Source: Trichodelitschia bisporula (lineage: Eukaryota). Taken from it: a stretch of 29,958 bases of DNA. The notes beneath the pieces were generated by a model. That model did not search any database. It was not told where the DNA came from and saw nothing but the letters and a program-made list of their open reading frames with translations. This document shows, piece after piece, positions 1 to 13,020 of the stretch (position 1 is the first letter of the stretch; each line of letters opens with the position of its first letter). The position numbers and the translations under genes are program-made. The DNA lies in assembly GCA_010356995.1 (NCBI GenBank), contig ML996707.1, positions 496,001 through 525,958 on the forward strand, read 5' to 3'.

Positions 1-1499
1 AGGGGAAGCTTGGAACAATACCTACTTTCACACCCACTCCTACCCAACAGAAGCGCAGATCTTCCTCGCCCCTGAAGCACGAATACCAGCCGTCCTCCCC
101 GAGTTTGACCTCAAGCTCGTCCGAGGAGTACACTGATGACGATATCTCGCAGTCTTCATCGAGTGATTCGGAAGACGATAGCATCGACAACATAGAAGAC
201 GACGATATCATCAGTCAGTTATCCTCAGCCATGGTCGCACCATCTCGTATCGCAGCTCAGGAGAGAATGTACTCGATTCCAAACGCCCCGGCCACGGTGA
301 CGCCTTCTCAGTCAGCTTCGCAGGCGCCATACAGGAAAGTCGTGAAGCAGTCCAGCGATATCATGTTCAAGACTTACGCCACCGTCTTCGCTTGGCTTGA
401 CGACCGTGGCCGCCATGATAATCTTCATACATCTGAATGCCTGATCGTTGTCTCTCCCGGTCTCATCGAAGCCTTCGATGATGGGTCTGCGGACGGTCCG
501 CCGCTCATCGCACTGGAGCTGACTCCGATTGTGAGCATCCATCGTGGGACCGTGATTGACGTCAGCATCCAGTCGCCTGTGACCGAGGGCTCCAAGCTGA
601 AGCCGAAGTCGCGGCAGTTCATGTTCCGTGTGCGCGACTCTTTGGAGGCCGAGGCTTTCTATGGTCAAGTGAACAAGGCGCGGAACAACAATCCAACATA
701 CAAGCTACTGCAAGACGCACGCCCGGCGCCGCCAGCTGACCCAGCTTGGGCATCTGGTCTGGATCGCGCAAACAGCTTCCGTGCGCAGGGTGCCGGGCCT
801 GCGCCTAGTTTCTGGAACATTGGCACTCGTCGCTCTCGTAGTTACCGCGCGTCTACTCGTGCTCCGTCTACCGCCGCAAACACCGAGAGCTCAGTCCGGA
901 CCATTCAATCTGTTCTTTCTGCGATGAAGCGTCTCGGTGCTAGCCGCTTGTTCAGCAACACCCGGGCCAATTCAAGCAACAATGAGGGTTCGTTCGAGAA
1001 CGACGGATCCGGAGGCGAGACTCCCCCGACCGAGCTTATTGGCGGTGCGCAGGGATTGATCGCCAGCGCAAAGGTCCGGCTCTACACTCGGCCCCACAGC
1101 ACCTCGCGGAATTTTCGTGACATTGGCTCAGGACGTCTCTTCATCAAGCGCCCGGAGCCGGACAATACGCCCAACGCGCCTGCCCGCTTGCACACGGGGT
1201 CGGAGAAGCGTGTCATGGTGGTCAACGAGAAGCGCGGCAATGTCATGCTTGATGTTACTCTAGGCTCGATGTGCTTTGAGCCTCTGGCTCGTGTCGGCAT
1301 TGCCGTCAGTGTGTGGGAGAATGTGGCCGAGGAAGGTGGCGTTGCTCATCAGGGCGGCGTTAGTGAGCGGCGTGTGCGCCTCTATGTTCTTCAGGTAAGT
1401 CTCTATGCTCTGGGATACAATTCAGATACTAACGTCTTGCAGTTGAAGGACGTCCAGAACACGGCGTACATTCTCTCGTTGCTGAGGGGTCGGAACTAG
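1..1499 (+). CDS. 3' portion of a conserved fungal hypothetical protein (acidic Ser/Asp-rich stretch followed by probable PH-like domains); 5' end lies outside the window
   Basis: Long open frame ending TAG at 1497-1499. In-frame 48-nt intron at 1395-1442 (GTAAGT...CTAAC...CAG). The PH-like call rests only on a 'FMFRVRDSLEAEAFY' strand-helix pattern. Confidence 0.7.
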   Translation, partial: GKLGTIPTFTPTPTQQKRRSSSPLKHEYQPSSPSLTSSSSEEYTDDDISQSSSSDSEDDSIDNIEDDDIISQLSSAMVAPSRIAAQERMYSIPNAPATVTPSQSASQAPYRKVVKQSSDIMFKTYATVFAWLDDRGRHDNLHTSECLIVVSPGLIEAFDDGSADGPPLIALELTPIVSIHRGTVIDVSIQSPVTEGSKLKPKSRQFMFRVRDSLEAEAFYGQVNKARNNNPTYKLLQDARPAPPADPAWASGLDRANSFRAQGAGPAPSFWNIGTRRSRSYRASTRAPSTAANTESSVRTIQSVLSAMKRLGASRLFSNTRANSSNNEGSFENDGSGGETPPTELIGGAQGLIASAKVRLYTRPHSTSRNFRDIGSGRLFIKRPEPDNTPNAPARLHTGSEKRVMVVNEKRGNVMLDVTLGSMCFEPLARVGIAVSVWENVAEEGGVAHQGGVSERRVRLYVLQVSLYALGYNSDTNVLQLKDVQNTAYILSLLRGRN

Positions 1500-2880
1500 G
1501 CGGCGCCGCTATCTATACACCATTGCTAGTCTTGCTATCCCACATTCTTCGTGTGATCTTTGTATCTTTGTAATTTTTTTTCTCTTATTAGCGTGGTGTT
1601 CTGGCGCTGATTTTGCGTGACACGGCAACGCGAATGGGGGATTATGGGGCACGGAGGCTACGGGATAGAGAGGGTCGGCGGACTGTTGTTCAATGTTTTT
1701 CGTTGTATGTTAGGCTGCGTCCGTCTTGGACGTGAGCAGAGTGAGAGCAGCGCCAGTAGTAATGCACGAATAGCAACGATACTACATTATCATACATCTA
1801 TTTGGCTTGTACCCGTGGTTTTCCTCGGCCCGAACACGGCATCCCGACGTTCGCATTGCGCCAAGGTAAGGACTGCGGCAGCACCGGTTGCTCCGGCGCA
1901 ACAAGGGACCGGCGGGCGTAGCGATATGCAGACTCGCTTAAGTTGCACCGGCGGTCTGGCCCTGGGCTCGCCGGCACTGTGGCGCCTGTAGTGGGCGGAG
2001 GTGGATCCGCGCTGCAATGTGCTGCAAGTGAGGAGGTGACAGAATAATAGGGCTTGCATAACAACTGACCGACGGTGAAGCCGCGGTCGTGGCTGCGGGT
2101 ATGGGTGGGGGACTACTTGTATCGGTTAGTATGCGTCCTTGCTACTTTGGTATGCGTGGTCCACTATTATATGCGTGGCTAAGTCATTACGCATCGTTAA
2201 ATGGCTACATATCGCGGTCTTCGCTGGGCGGGACTGCGGTGCGCGCTCCGCTACGCCGCACATGGATACTTCGTAGTCGAGCTCCTGCGGGAGTATGAGT
2301 ATCGATGCATATGCTGCAGCGCACGGCTAACAGTGCATTTTGAGCTGGAATAGGGAATTTGGGAGGATGGGGTTGTTCGAAGCGAGGTTCGGTGGAGGAT
2401 GAAAAGGCGGTGATTGGATAGAAGGTTGAGGATTTTTCTTCTGGGTGGTGGAGAGGAGGGGGCCGGCGACGTGGCCGCGGTTATACGCGAGATCTCGGAG
2501 GGATATTGGGATTTTGGATTGGGTTTAGTTGGTTGGGGGTGGGATTGGATGGGATGGGGATGCGATTGGGGGCGGCGCTTCCCGTTGCTCCAGATGCGGG
2601 TTCATGCGGGGTGGTCTGAGGGATCTGAGGAGGCTTGGATGGACGGGTGAAGCGAGGCGAGGGGAGGATTGAGGATGGGAACTGGTTGAGGTGGTGATGT
2701 GCTTGGGTGGAGGTGGACGATTGGTGTTGTGGGACAGAGGTGAGGTTACCGTGATGGCTGATGGAGAGACGAGAGGATGATGCGCACACCGACATAGGAG
2801 ATGAATAGACTGGGGGGAGAAAGATTGATAGATGACGACACACACATAATGATGTCCGACGTTTAGAGCGAGGATTAGCA

Positions 2881-2914
2881 TTGCATTAGGTGTTGCATTA
2901 GGTGTTGCACTAGG
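2881..2914. repeat. 12-bp tandem repeat (TTGCATTAGGTG x ~3) upstream of pyrG
   Basis: ttgcattaggtg ttgcattaggtg ttgcactagg read directly. Confidence 0.8.
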
Positions 2915-3408
2915 ACAGTGCTACAATCCGCGTTGAGAGCCGGGTTTGATATTCTGTTCCTGGCCTATGGCATGGCGTCTTTTTCCCAATTGCCTCATCT
3001 ATCCTCCCCGTTCCTCGTCCACTCTCCTCGCCTAATTTGGGTCTCTCTTCCTTTTCACCACCTCAATCTTAATTCAATTTCTCTTGCAGCCCGACGTCCC
3101 CTCCCCCCCATCCCTCTCCTCCGCGCAGACGACGCAAAGACGCGCAGTTCGCACTATCCTCCACCCCGGTCTACCCGGGACATCGCACCCGACCGACCGG
3201 GCGCCGCGGCGCGCATTGGTACAGGGAACGAGAATTGTGGTCGGAGAAGAGCGACTGCCATCTCTGTCCATCTCAGCAATTGGAAGGTGAAGAAAACACC
3301 ACCAATTCCTCATCGCCCGTCCATCCCTCGCCTTTCTTCCTCCTCATCTTCCCTCTCTCTTCTCCCAACAGCAACGCACTATCCCCTCCCACCCCGCCTA
3401 CAACCACA

Positions 3409-4541
3409 ATGGCACATCACGCAGTCTGGACCATGTCCTTCAAGGACCGCGCCGCGCTCCCAAACACTCCCCCACTAGCCGCCTACCTCCTCTACCTCAT
3501 GACAATCAAGCAATCAAACCTATGCCTCAGCGCCGACGTCACCAGCACCGCGGAGCTCCTTGCCCTAGCCACCGAAGTCGGCGACAGCATCTGTCTCCTT
3601 AAAACCCATGCCGACATAATCGACGACTTCGGCGACCGCACCGTCCGCGCATTGCGCGAAATCGCACGGCAAAAAAACTTCCTCGTCTTCGAGGATCGCA
3701 AGTTCGGCGACATCGGCAGTATACCTCCCCCACCATACCATCCCCCCCCCCCCTTCCCCTCCCAGCTAACCACCCCACCCTAGGCACGGTGCAGAAACAA
3801 TACACCGCCGGCCCCCTCGCCATCGCCAAATGGGCTGAAATAACAAACGCCCACCTCTTCCCCGGGCCCGCCATCGTCCCCGCGCTCAAATCCGCCGCCG
3901 CCTCCGCCATCGCCGCGTACAACACAACCGTGCACACCGAGATTTCCGTCGGCCCACCCGCCTCGCCCTCCCCTCCCTCGCCCTCACCTCCCTCCTCCTC
4001 CCCCCCCGCCGGCCCAGTGGGACGGAAACAATCCACCGTGTCCATCAGCACCACAATCTCCACCCGCACCGAGCCCATCTCCCCGCAGCCGACACCGGGA
4101 CTCGCCGGTGAACCAGCGGATGTGCTGGCCCGCCTGGGCGCGACGCCGTATCTGCGCGCGCTGCTGCTGCTCGCGGAAATGAGTTCCGAGGGACACATGC
4201 TCACGCCTGAATACCGCGAAGCATGCGTGAAGACCGCGCGCGAGCATCGCGATTTCGTGATCGGGTTCGTGGCGCAGCGCGCGCTGAATGCGGAGCCGGC
4301 GGATAATTTCATCACGTTTACCCCGGGGGTCAGCTTGCCGCCGCCTGGACAGGAAGGTGTGCGCGGGGATGGGTTGGGACAGCAGTATGAGACACCGCGG
4401 GATGCGGTGCTGGGCAGGGGTTGTGATGTTGTTATTGTCGGTAGGGGGATTTTGAGGGCGGAAGATAGGGCGAAGGAGGCGGAGAGGTATCGGAGGGAGG
4501 CGTGGAGGGCGTATGAGGAGCGGGTGGGCGCGGCGGCGTGA
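3409..4541 (+). CDS. pyrG: Orotidine-5'-phosphate decarboxylase, one intron (3719-3783)
   Basis: Motifs SNLCLSADV, LKTHADII, FEDRKFGDIGSTVQKQY (catalytic DxKxxDIxxT after splicing), LLLLAEMSSEG, GDGLGQQY, IVGRGI. Intron GTATAC...CTAAC...TAG. Confidence 0.97.
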
Positions 4542-5016
4542 GGGGGAAACCGTGGGGTTTTTGGTGTTGATGTTTACGATTTACGGGAGGTGGATGTGAG
4601 ATGCGAAGTTGGGAGGTAGTCGATGGGACGGCGCTACCGGGGAGACGGAATTGGACTTCCTGGTTCTAGAGGCTGGGTTTGGGTTGATGCCGAAGGGGCG
4701 GGATCTTGCGCATCTGGGGAGATGGGCGCGTCAAACGTTTGTCGTCAGGGATGCACATGAGGCCTTATTAGAGGCGGCCGGATGAGAAGGCTTGAAGGGG
4801 AGCCAATGTCCATAGCGTCATCCAAATCCGTACATGGAACCCATATCTACGACTCCATCCTATATCCCTTCAACGCCGTGGACCGCTTGAACCCGATAAA
4901 AATCATGTCGGTCCCAAGATACCAAACTCCACCATCTAACGCCTCCCTCTCGGCACCCATCTACTAGAGTCATCCGTCCGCATCTCCCTTCAACCACTCC
5001 TCGGCCCGCCCCACCC

Positions 5017-6131
5017 CTACCACTGCGTCGGCTTCGGCGGAATCGGCGGCGGCGGCCCTCCCGGCACCCCCGCCCCCGGCGCCGCCCCCGTCGCTGCCGC
5101 ACCTTCACTCTGCCCGGTCGCACCTCCCCCATATTTCGCCGCTAACCCCTGACCCCTCTGCCATCCCGCCGCAACCTGCGCCCCATGCCGCTGCTGGAAA
5201 TTCCCCGCCACACCCGCCGCACTCCGTGCATCCGCAAGACTCACGCTCCCTGGATTCGATTTCAGCGCCGATGCCGTCCGCAGCGCGGCTTGTTTCTCCG
5301 CGAATGACGTCCCCCTGCCCGGTGCCGGAGCCGCGGGAGCCGGCGCATCCCCCGTCCCGAGCCGCCCAAACCGCGCAGCCAGCCCACCCATCTGCGGTCC
5401 CGGACTAGTCGGCTGAGCCAGCGTGGGCGGCGGGATTACCCCCGTTGTCTGCCCAGCAAACGCGGGAGGGGACGCGGTTGTCCTCCGCGCCGGCACAGGC
5501 GGACTGGCCGTGCGCCCGATCCCGAGCCCCGCGACCGAGACACCCGCACGACTCAACCCGTCCAGCGCGCTGGGATTCATTATCCCACGGCTGGGATCAG
5601 CGGCGGGGGTATATGGCGGGGGCGGGGATGTGAACGTCGACGTAGGGCGGGGTGGGAGGCGAGGTGGGAGGGCCGAGGGTTTTGCGCCGACAGGAGGGGG
5701 GGCGCGCGGTGGGTTGGTTGTGCGGCGGGGAGGTGTGGGGAGGCCGGTTGTTGATGGGACTGTGGAGGCGCGGGGGGGTGGTGCGGGTTGTTCGGGCGCG
5801 GGCGCGGGCGAGGGCGCGGCGCGTGGTGCGGGAGGGGGGAGCGGGCGGCGCGGGTCGCGTTTGGGGGGTGGGCCGAAGGTGCTTGGGTCGGTTAGGGAGG
5901 ATAGAGGGGTGGATTGGTGGTCTAGGGCGGCGGCGTGCGGGTCTTTTCCTTTGCCCATGAGGCCGGCCTGGGTGAGGGGTTAGTGCTTGAGGGACATGAC
6001 GGGTGGCAGGGGAGGGGGGGGGGACGTACGACTTTGTTCACGCCCGGGAAGTCTTTGCGCCAGCTTTCGCTGCTGCCGTCTTTATTTTTTGGGTGCCAGC
6101 CGCCCTTGGCGAAGTCTTTGAGGCCGGACAT
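5017..6131 (-). CDS. Conserved proline-rich fungal protein (N-terminal GGWHP motif), possibly an SH3-ligand/actin-patch type; intron 5968-6029
   Basis: Exon 1 MSGLKDFAKGGWHPKNKDGSSESWRKDFPGVNKV splices in frame (GTACGT...CTAAC...CAG) to AGLMGKGKD...PPPIPPKPTQW. Many PxxP motifs. Confidence 0.8.
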
Positions 6132-6546
6132 GATGGATTAGTGTTTGGGAGGGTGCGGGGAGTGTCGTGATGGTGATGGTGGTGGTGAGGGGTGGTGGCT
6201 GGTGGGTGAGGTGCACAGGACTTGGGGTGACGTAACCGCTTGGCTCGAACTGGGTGGTTAGTCAGCAGGATCGCCTAGCTCGAGGCTTGGGGAAGGCTGA
6301 AGCGCTGATCGCTTCGCCGTGAGAGGAAGCTGAGAGAAGATCGAGCTTTAATGCCAGAAATGTTAGACAGAACTTGCCGTAACCGCGGTGTGCTCTGTGC
6401 ATCCGTTCAAAGCTTGAGATTGTGTGCCATGGACTAGCAAAGCTGGGTTTCACAGGCAGCACAGGGCAGGAGGACGTTTTGCCACTGAATCAATCGGAAC
6501 TGACAGCCGTAATCATGAATTCTCCATCGATGTAACCAAGGACCAG

Positions 6547-9286
6547 CTACCAGTCAGCACAACCAAAAAAATCCGGCTTACGCCCAAAGAGAGGGGTCAA
6601 GGGGTCGTTCCGTTCTTCCGACTGCATCGGCAAAGCTCTCGTTCTGGGAGCTATAGTCAACCCCTCCGTGATCCTCAACACCTTCTCAATGTCACCGTAT
6701 CGGACAGCACGACCCGTCTGACTCGCCAGGATCCGCGCCGTTTTGACCACGTTGCTGACCTTCCGTCCATCCAGAGCAGCCTGCGCCAGCCGATTGATTT
6801 CAGCATCGGAGACATCAGCCACCGGTTGCGCCCGCTTCAGGAAAGTTTTCCAGATAGTGGCACGCGACTGGAAGTCTAGCTCCGGATATTTGAGCGTTAG
6901 GTGAATGCGCGAGGTAAGAGCGCTGTCTAGCACTTCGGGCCGGTTCGTTGTCAGGAAGAGCAAGGATGGATAGTACTCCAACTTCTGTAGGAAGGCTAGG
7001 AGGGGAGTTAGTCAGAAAGCAAGATCGAAGGCTGTAGATACTAACTGGCAACAATACGGCTTTGCGGCCCTTCGCTGTTAGTTCCAGACCGTTGTTGAAG
7101 ATATGTGTCGCATTCGTCGAGGAGAAGCACCGCGCCCCACTGTGCAGCCATTTCGAAATCACGCTCAATGTTCCTTACACTGTTCGCATCGCCAGGAAGG
7201 GAGTCAGGGTGAGGGCCATGGTTACATTGGCACGACTCGTGCCCGTAATACTCGTGATGGCATCGCGGTTTCAGCCTTCGGTGACCCGAGGGGACTGTTG
7301 GCCGGGAGCGGGCGCTCATGGCTTTTTCGAGTGGCCCTTGGGCGTCTTGGAGTTCCATTTTCAAAAGGGGCTTTTGAATCTTTTCGGCAACTGACATTCC
7401 GTTAACAAAGCTGATTAGCAAGAACTTCCTAGTTGGGAACTTGCCTGATTCTGCAGTAAGTGTCTTACCCACTCCGGGCCCACCGGCAAGAAGTACAACG
7501 AGTCCTCCGCCTACCCGGTTAGAATTGGGTTAAGGAGACTTCTGATCTCGTTACCTTTCCCATTGATCACGTCTCCGAATTCCTCGCCTCTAGTGAGCTG
7601 ACTCTCGACGAAGGCAAGGACAAGCTCCTTGTACCCATCCGGCAACACCAAAGCCTCAAAAGGCTCAGCATTCCACTTGATGTCCTCGACATGTTCCACA
7701 TTGAACAACTCTAAAGAGATGGCTTAGCAATGTCACAGTGGACTTTATACATTTTCACTCACTCCAATCCCTCTCTTTGAAGCAGTAACCGTTCAGCTCG
7801 GAGCCGCAAAGAAGAAAGATGTCATCTGTGAGAGCCTGCAAGGAGACAGGAATGCTTCCTGCGACTGTTGAGCAAATCACGCCAGTAGGCAGGAAACAAA
7901 CAAACCTTGGTTTACTGCGCCGTGGGACGACGGTCCAAGTCCCGCCATTCCCCCTCCCAAAGGTGGTAGCAACACCCCTGATAGCAACCCCAATGGTGGT
8001 ACCAGCTCGTATGCGGGAGGATATACTGGAAGTTGGGGATATTGAATCGGGGGCGGCGGCGGTGGCACCGCACCCGGTGGGTGCCCGTTGGGCCACGTTT
8101 TATCAATGTGTTTTGGAGGTGGGGGCGGCTCCTGAGATATAAGCCGAGTTGATAAAGCAATCCCGCCTTCCAACGCATTCAAGTGCTGATAAGTTCTAGC
8201 ACCTGTTGGCGGCACGTCGATCATGATGCGACGGGGAATCGCCTATAGGTCAGTCCTTTTTAGTCCTTCCAAGCGAGAAATGATACTTACAACTTTGGAC
8301 GCTGTCCTTCTCGACTTGGATATTTGCGGCTCCTTGTAGGCCTTGAAGTGGGGGCCTATGAAGCTGCAGAACTTCCGACCCCTTGCCACCATCTCCTGCT
8401 TTAGTGTCGCAAAGTTCTCTAGATACGAAGCGGGGAAGACGGGCAACTTCGTGATTTTGGTTAGCCCAGTGAACGAATAGATCGGGATGTCGTGGGATGA
8501 ATAGCCAATAGTGTTGCCGTTGTTGCCTACGGACACGCATTGCAAAATGCTAAAGGGTTCCTGAATCGATGCGACGATGCCAAATCTGTGGGTGCCATCT
8601 GAATGCCAGTATATCAGATCCCCCGGTTGGAACAAAATCCATATGTAATTGTGAGTGATCACCCCGCGGTCTGCCAACTCTCGCTTGGCGGCAAGGGCTG
8701 TCGAGATGGCGGGCTTGACAATGAGACGGAGAAGGTTCAGCTGCTTGGCTAGCTCGGCATCTGTTTGCTCCTCGATGGCGGCTTGAAACTTTTCCCAGCG
8801 CCAGAAGAAAGGGCGGAATGGCTTTCGGAAAACCAGGTGCTTTGGGCCGTCTATGATGTTGTCCCATCCACGGAAAAGCTCGATGAGGGCGGTGCGAAGC
8901 TTATGGCTGTTGATCTCGATCATAACCGGTTCCCATGTGTTGCTTCCTGGAGTTTTCTCCTTCCGCCGAACAACTATCGGAGGTTCATCGTCTTTGTCGT
9001 TCTCGAGTTCATCGCCCTTCAAGGTCAATGGCGGCGTAGTGACCCAGTTGGGACAGCAAGTGCAATCTCCCGGCCCTTCATAATAGTCTAGTACGAACTG
9101 CGCGCGATCCTCCTTGAGCTGAATCTGAGACTCTTCCGAGTCTTCGAAGGCCTGTCCATCAATCACCGAAAACACTTCGCCCAAGATGGACGATCGTTCG
9201 CTTTGGTCATCGGTTGCGCTGACACCACCTTCATTATCCCCTTCATTATCCCCTTCAGTATATGCTGGTATGTGAATTCGCTCCAT
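6547..9286 (-). CDS. Fungal AAA+ ATPase (family with long N-terminal domain), multi-exon
   Basis: Walker A VLLAGGPGVGKTLTAES (~7450-7495), Walker B WGAVLLLDECD, LEYYPSLLFLTTNRPEVLDSALTSRIHLTLKYPELD, and N-terminal CTCCPNW and FRKPFRPFFWRWE motifs typical of the family. Several GT-AG introns, e.g. 8243-8290. Confidence 0.9.
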
Positions 9287-11182
9287 TGTGAGGGCCTGGA
9301 TTTGGAGTTAGGTGGGAGAGGTACAGGACGGTCGAAGGCACCGAAGATTATACGCAGTATTCGGTTCGGGGGGAAGCATTGAATCCGTTTCCAACTGGGA
9401 GGACTTCCCCGCACTTGTGGCCAGGATAAGGTTACGTTCAGATCCTCCAGCATGTGCCTGTTGCCTGAAACATATTGCTCTGGGCAGCTCGAACCAATCC
9501 GAAGCAACTGGGGCGCAGCGACAGCGATAGGACGTGCCAACCCCCCACTTCAACCAGGATACTACTGCGGTAAACTGTGCCTAACCAAGTGAGCTGCGCC
9601 ATTTAGCCGCACATTACCCAAGCCTTGCCTACCATGGCGTGCTACCCATCTCGAAGGATTCCGGAGCCCAAAATCAAACATGTCCTAATATTTTGAGATG
9701 CTTTGAACCCTTCTCAATTCATCTCACCGTCGGATCCAGCATCCATGGCCTCGAAACTTGAAAATACAGAATGCATTGCGAAAGAAGCGAATGGCTCCCT
9801 CCCGGAAAGGGATACAAAAGTCTTCCTTCGGTATCCCGGAAGGAGACTTCGCCTCTGGGTACGGCACACTAATGTCAAAGGAGTATCAGCACGACCGTCG
9901 AAAGACCGCTAGCTACCACGGCACCACCATCACCGGGCGTGGTCGCCGTTGATGAGTCTGGATACCGCCGCGGAGTATTTCAAGGGAGAGAGCGGGGTTA
10001 TCTTGTCTTGCTTCGCACGCTTTCAGGACACCGCCCCTCAACAGCTTCTCTCAACATCCATAGGCACGACAATCCACGCGGCTGTCAAGTAGTAATATTG
10101 TTGTACATCGGAGTGCGTGATCCCTCATATAGTCCAGTACACACCGAGCACCGGACAAAGCGAAGCTTATTGGCGGCCAGGCGGAGACCGGAACGAGGCT
10201 GGATGGTGAAGCGATTGGACAGGGCCGCGAGGACAAGACCGGAGAGCGTCATACTCCACGTAGGGCCTAGAAACGCGAGCGGCCCCGCAGTAGCTCCAGA
10301 CGTTCGATTCTACGCCACGTTGGAAGTCTGGCGTGGCAAGTGCAAGGTCATGGTATGGGCGGCGCTGCGTCATGCGGATCCAAGCGAAGATCTCAGTGCG
10401 CAACGTCGTGCTCGCGCCCTGGAGGTGGGGGTTTCCTGCACTGTTCGGACAGAGACAGCCTTCGAAGGCAGCGATTGCTTTGAATGAATGAAAGCATTGC
10501 AGGAAGACTTGATAGCGATCGTGAGACAAAGCTCGTGAGTACCCTTCGATGCAGGCAGCCGCGTGCCGATCGGCCGTTCTTGGGATCGGCCAACGCACTC
10601 AAGCAACGAGGCTGAGCTCTGTGAGGTTAGCGGTGACATGGGAGCCCCTGTCACGTGACTGACACGCTGTTCAACGCTCGAAATAACAGCATGTCACTAA
10701 GCAATTCATGCCGCTTCCTGCACAGGTGACATGACCTACCGGTGGACCTCTCAAGATCTTGTGCATGGGAGTGGAGCATAGAAAGATACCGGCGACCCCA
10801 GCTCGGACGCGCGGTGGAGTTTCGACCATGCAAATGTCATGTTGGAAGACGCAGTACCATTGGAAAGCGGGCTGGTACTGTAGCGACAGTCTTCATGTGC
10901 AACTCTGACGAAACCGAGAGGCCTCCAATCGAGGGAATACGTGCGCGGCTGAATCCGTCGTCAAGCATTGCCACGTCGCGATGGTCGACACACCTGCCTC
11001 AGCCACGCCCGGCCTCTGCCACGTCTGCATCAGTGAAGTCATGTACGGAAACACGATGAGAATATAAGATCAGAGGGCAAAGGGCGCAAGTTGCGACGGT
11101 TGCTGCATCGATAAGCATTAAAATGGGGGCACTCAAACCCCCGTGGGGGGGAAAGGTACTCATTTACCCAAACCATTACGAT

Positions 11183-11668
11183 ATGTCCAGTGATCAATCC
11201 GAACTGAACGACATGACTGCCTGGCAAGCCTGGTGGGACTGTGAGGCTGAGCTTGCCTTCTTTCAGGAAGAGATGCTCCGCCTTGCGCCTCCGAGTGCAT
11301 CAACGGAAGGGACGCAGAAAGGCTCAGAGGAGCCGGCTGGAGAGACTAAGGTCGACAGGTGCACATAACTTCCCCTCCCCCCTACTGATAAGCGTGACAA
11401 TACTGACGGCAACAGTGAGGAGCACTTGGGAGTGGTGCTCAAGACGGGACGACTGCAATGCAGCCACACTGAGTGCTTACAAAGGAGCTTCAGTCGACTC
11501 GCCGACCTTAGACGCCATCACCTCTCCTCACACGTTAAGGAGCCGCTCTGGTGTTCGGCCGACGGATGCCCGCGCAGCAAGGCCTCTGACCGGCCGTTTT
11601 TCAGACGAGATAAGCTCATGGAACACGAGCTTAAGATGCATGGAAAGGTGTCAAGTGTCGGGAACTAA
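11183..11668 (+). CDS. Small protein with two C2H2 zinc fingers; intron 11359-11415; alternative in-frame ATG at 11123
   Basis: CSHTECLQRSFSRLADLRRHHLSSH and CSADGCPRSKASDRPFFRRDKLMEHELKMH. Intron GTGCAC...CTGAC...CAG restores the frame. Confidence 0.75.
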
Positions 11669-11972
11669 GAAGCCGTGCGGGCCGATGATTGTTAAGCTTT
11701 GCGATTAGGAACAGAACAGACGGATTTAATTGTTGAGTGGGTTTGATAATGGAGATTGAGACTGACAAGTGCATGTCGTGTGTGCATTCCAACGCCGGCC
11801 CGAAGGCGATCCGGTGATTAGAAAGCAACCCCCAGACGGAACGGTTCCGTCCTCATCCGCTGTGCTTGACGAAGCATCTCATCGAACTCTGATCAATTGA
11901 GCAACTAGCTGCAGCGAATAAAATGGCCCTCTCAATGGCCTTGACTGCACGCCACAGCTCTTATACACCATC

Positions 11973-13010
11973 ATGCTCCCAGCCCGTCTCTGTAAACCAA
12001 CTACTCTCTTCACCTTCGCGCTTCGAACCTTTGCCCAGCACAACCCGCTCAACCTCTTCCCCGCAGCCCAATTCCACTTACCCGCCGACCAGCTGCCGTT
12101 ACCTGTCACCAACAACACCAACACCAATCCTCTCTCCACCAACATGACGCGCGCTTCTGTAATTGCTCTCTCCCACGGCGGAGGCCCTATGCCCGCCATG
12201 GGCGATCCTTCGCACAAGGACATCGTCAAGTCACTCAAGCGTCGCCTCCCCGAGATCCTGAAGCTGAATACGCCGGAGCGGCCGCAGGCCATTATCCTCA
12301 TCACAGCTCACTGGTCCGAGCGCAATCCCACTGTCTCTAACGGCGAGAAGCCCAAACTCTTCTACGACTACTACGGCTTCCCGCCCGAGGCGTATAAGCT
12401 GCAGTACGATGCGCCGGGCTCGCCGGCCATCGCCAAAGAGGTGGTCGATGCGCTCAAGAGCGCGGGCCTGAAGCCCCAGACTGACTCCCAGCGAGGTACG
12501 TACACAGTGATTGCCATGGACGAAGGCTAATTATCAGGCTGGGACCATGGCGTGTTCATTCCGATGCTGCTAATTCACCCCGCCGCCGACATTCCCATAA
12601 TCCAGCTATCGGTGCTCTCATCCGAGTCGCCCACAACGCACTACGAAATGGGGAAGGCACTTCGGCCTCTGCGCGACAGAAACGTGGCCATCATCGGCTC
12701 AGGCTTCGCATCCTTCCACAACCTCCGCCTGATGTTCTCCGGCGCGCTCAACGACCCCACCTTCCGCGCCCGTCACACCGACTGGAACAAGGCCGTCACG
12801 GAGGGCGTCTCGGAGCCAGACGCGAAGCTGCGGCAGAAGAAGCTGGAGGACTGGCGCAGCTGGCCCATGGCGAATGAGTGCCATCCCCCTTCTGCGGGTG
12901 AGCATTTCATGCCACTGCTTGTGTGTGCGGGAGCGGGTGGGGATGGGGCTGCGGGCAGCTATGTGGATGAGTTCATGGGTCTTGATATCCATAGCTATTA
13001 TTGGACTTGA
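11973..13010 (+). CDS. Extradiol ring-cleavage dioxygenase class III subunit B (LigB / DODA-like); intron 12496-12537; start may instead be the ATG at ~12143 (MTRASVIALSHGGGP)
   Basis: Motifs SHGGGPMP, LITAHW, YDYYGFPPEAY, RGWDHGVFIPM (spliced), IIGSGFASFHNL, HPPSAGEHFMPLLV. Confidence 0.92.
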
Positions 13011-13020
13011 GAGGAGTAAT

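Noticed and set aside
1617..3400. Several 60-190 aa ORFs between the first gene and pyrG
   Set aside because: Low-complexity, no recognisable motifs; likely UTR/promoter sequence.
3900..4140. Ser/Pro-rich insertion in OMP decarboxylase
   Set aside because: Large insertions at this position are known in filamentous ascomycete pyrG/pyr-4 proteins.
5423..5983. Gly/Arg-rich plus-strand ORF
   Set aside because: Antisense shadow of the proline-rich gene.
9700..11100. ORFs such as 9939-10487 with a faint PD...EVGVS nuclease-like pattern
   Set aside because: Motif too weak and no coherent gene model.
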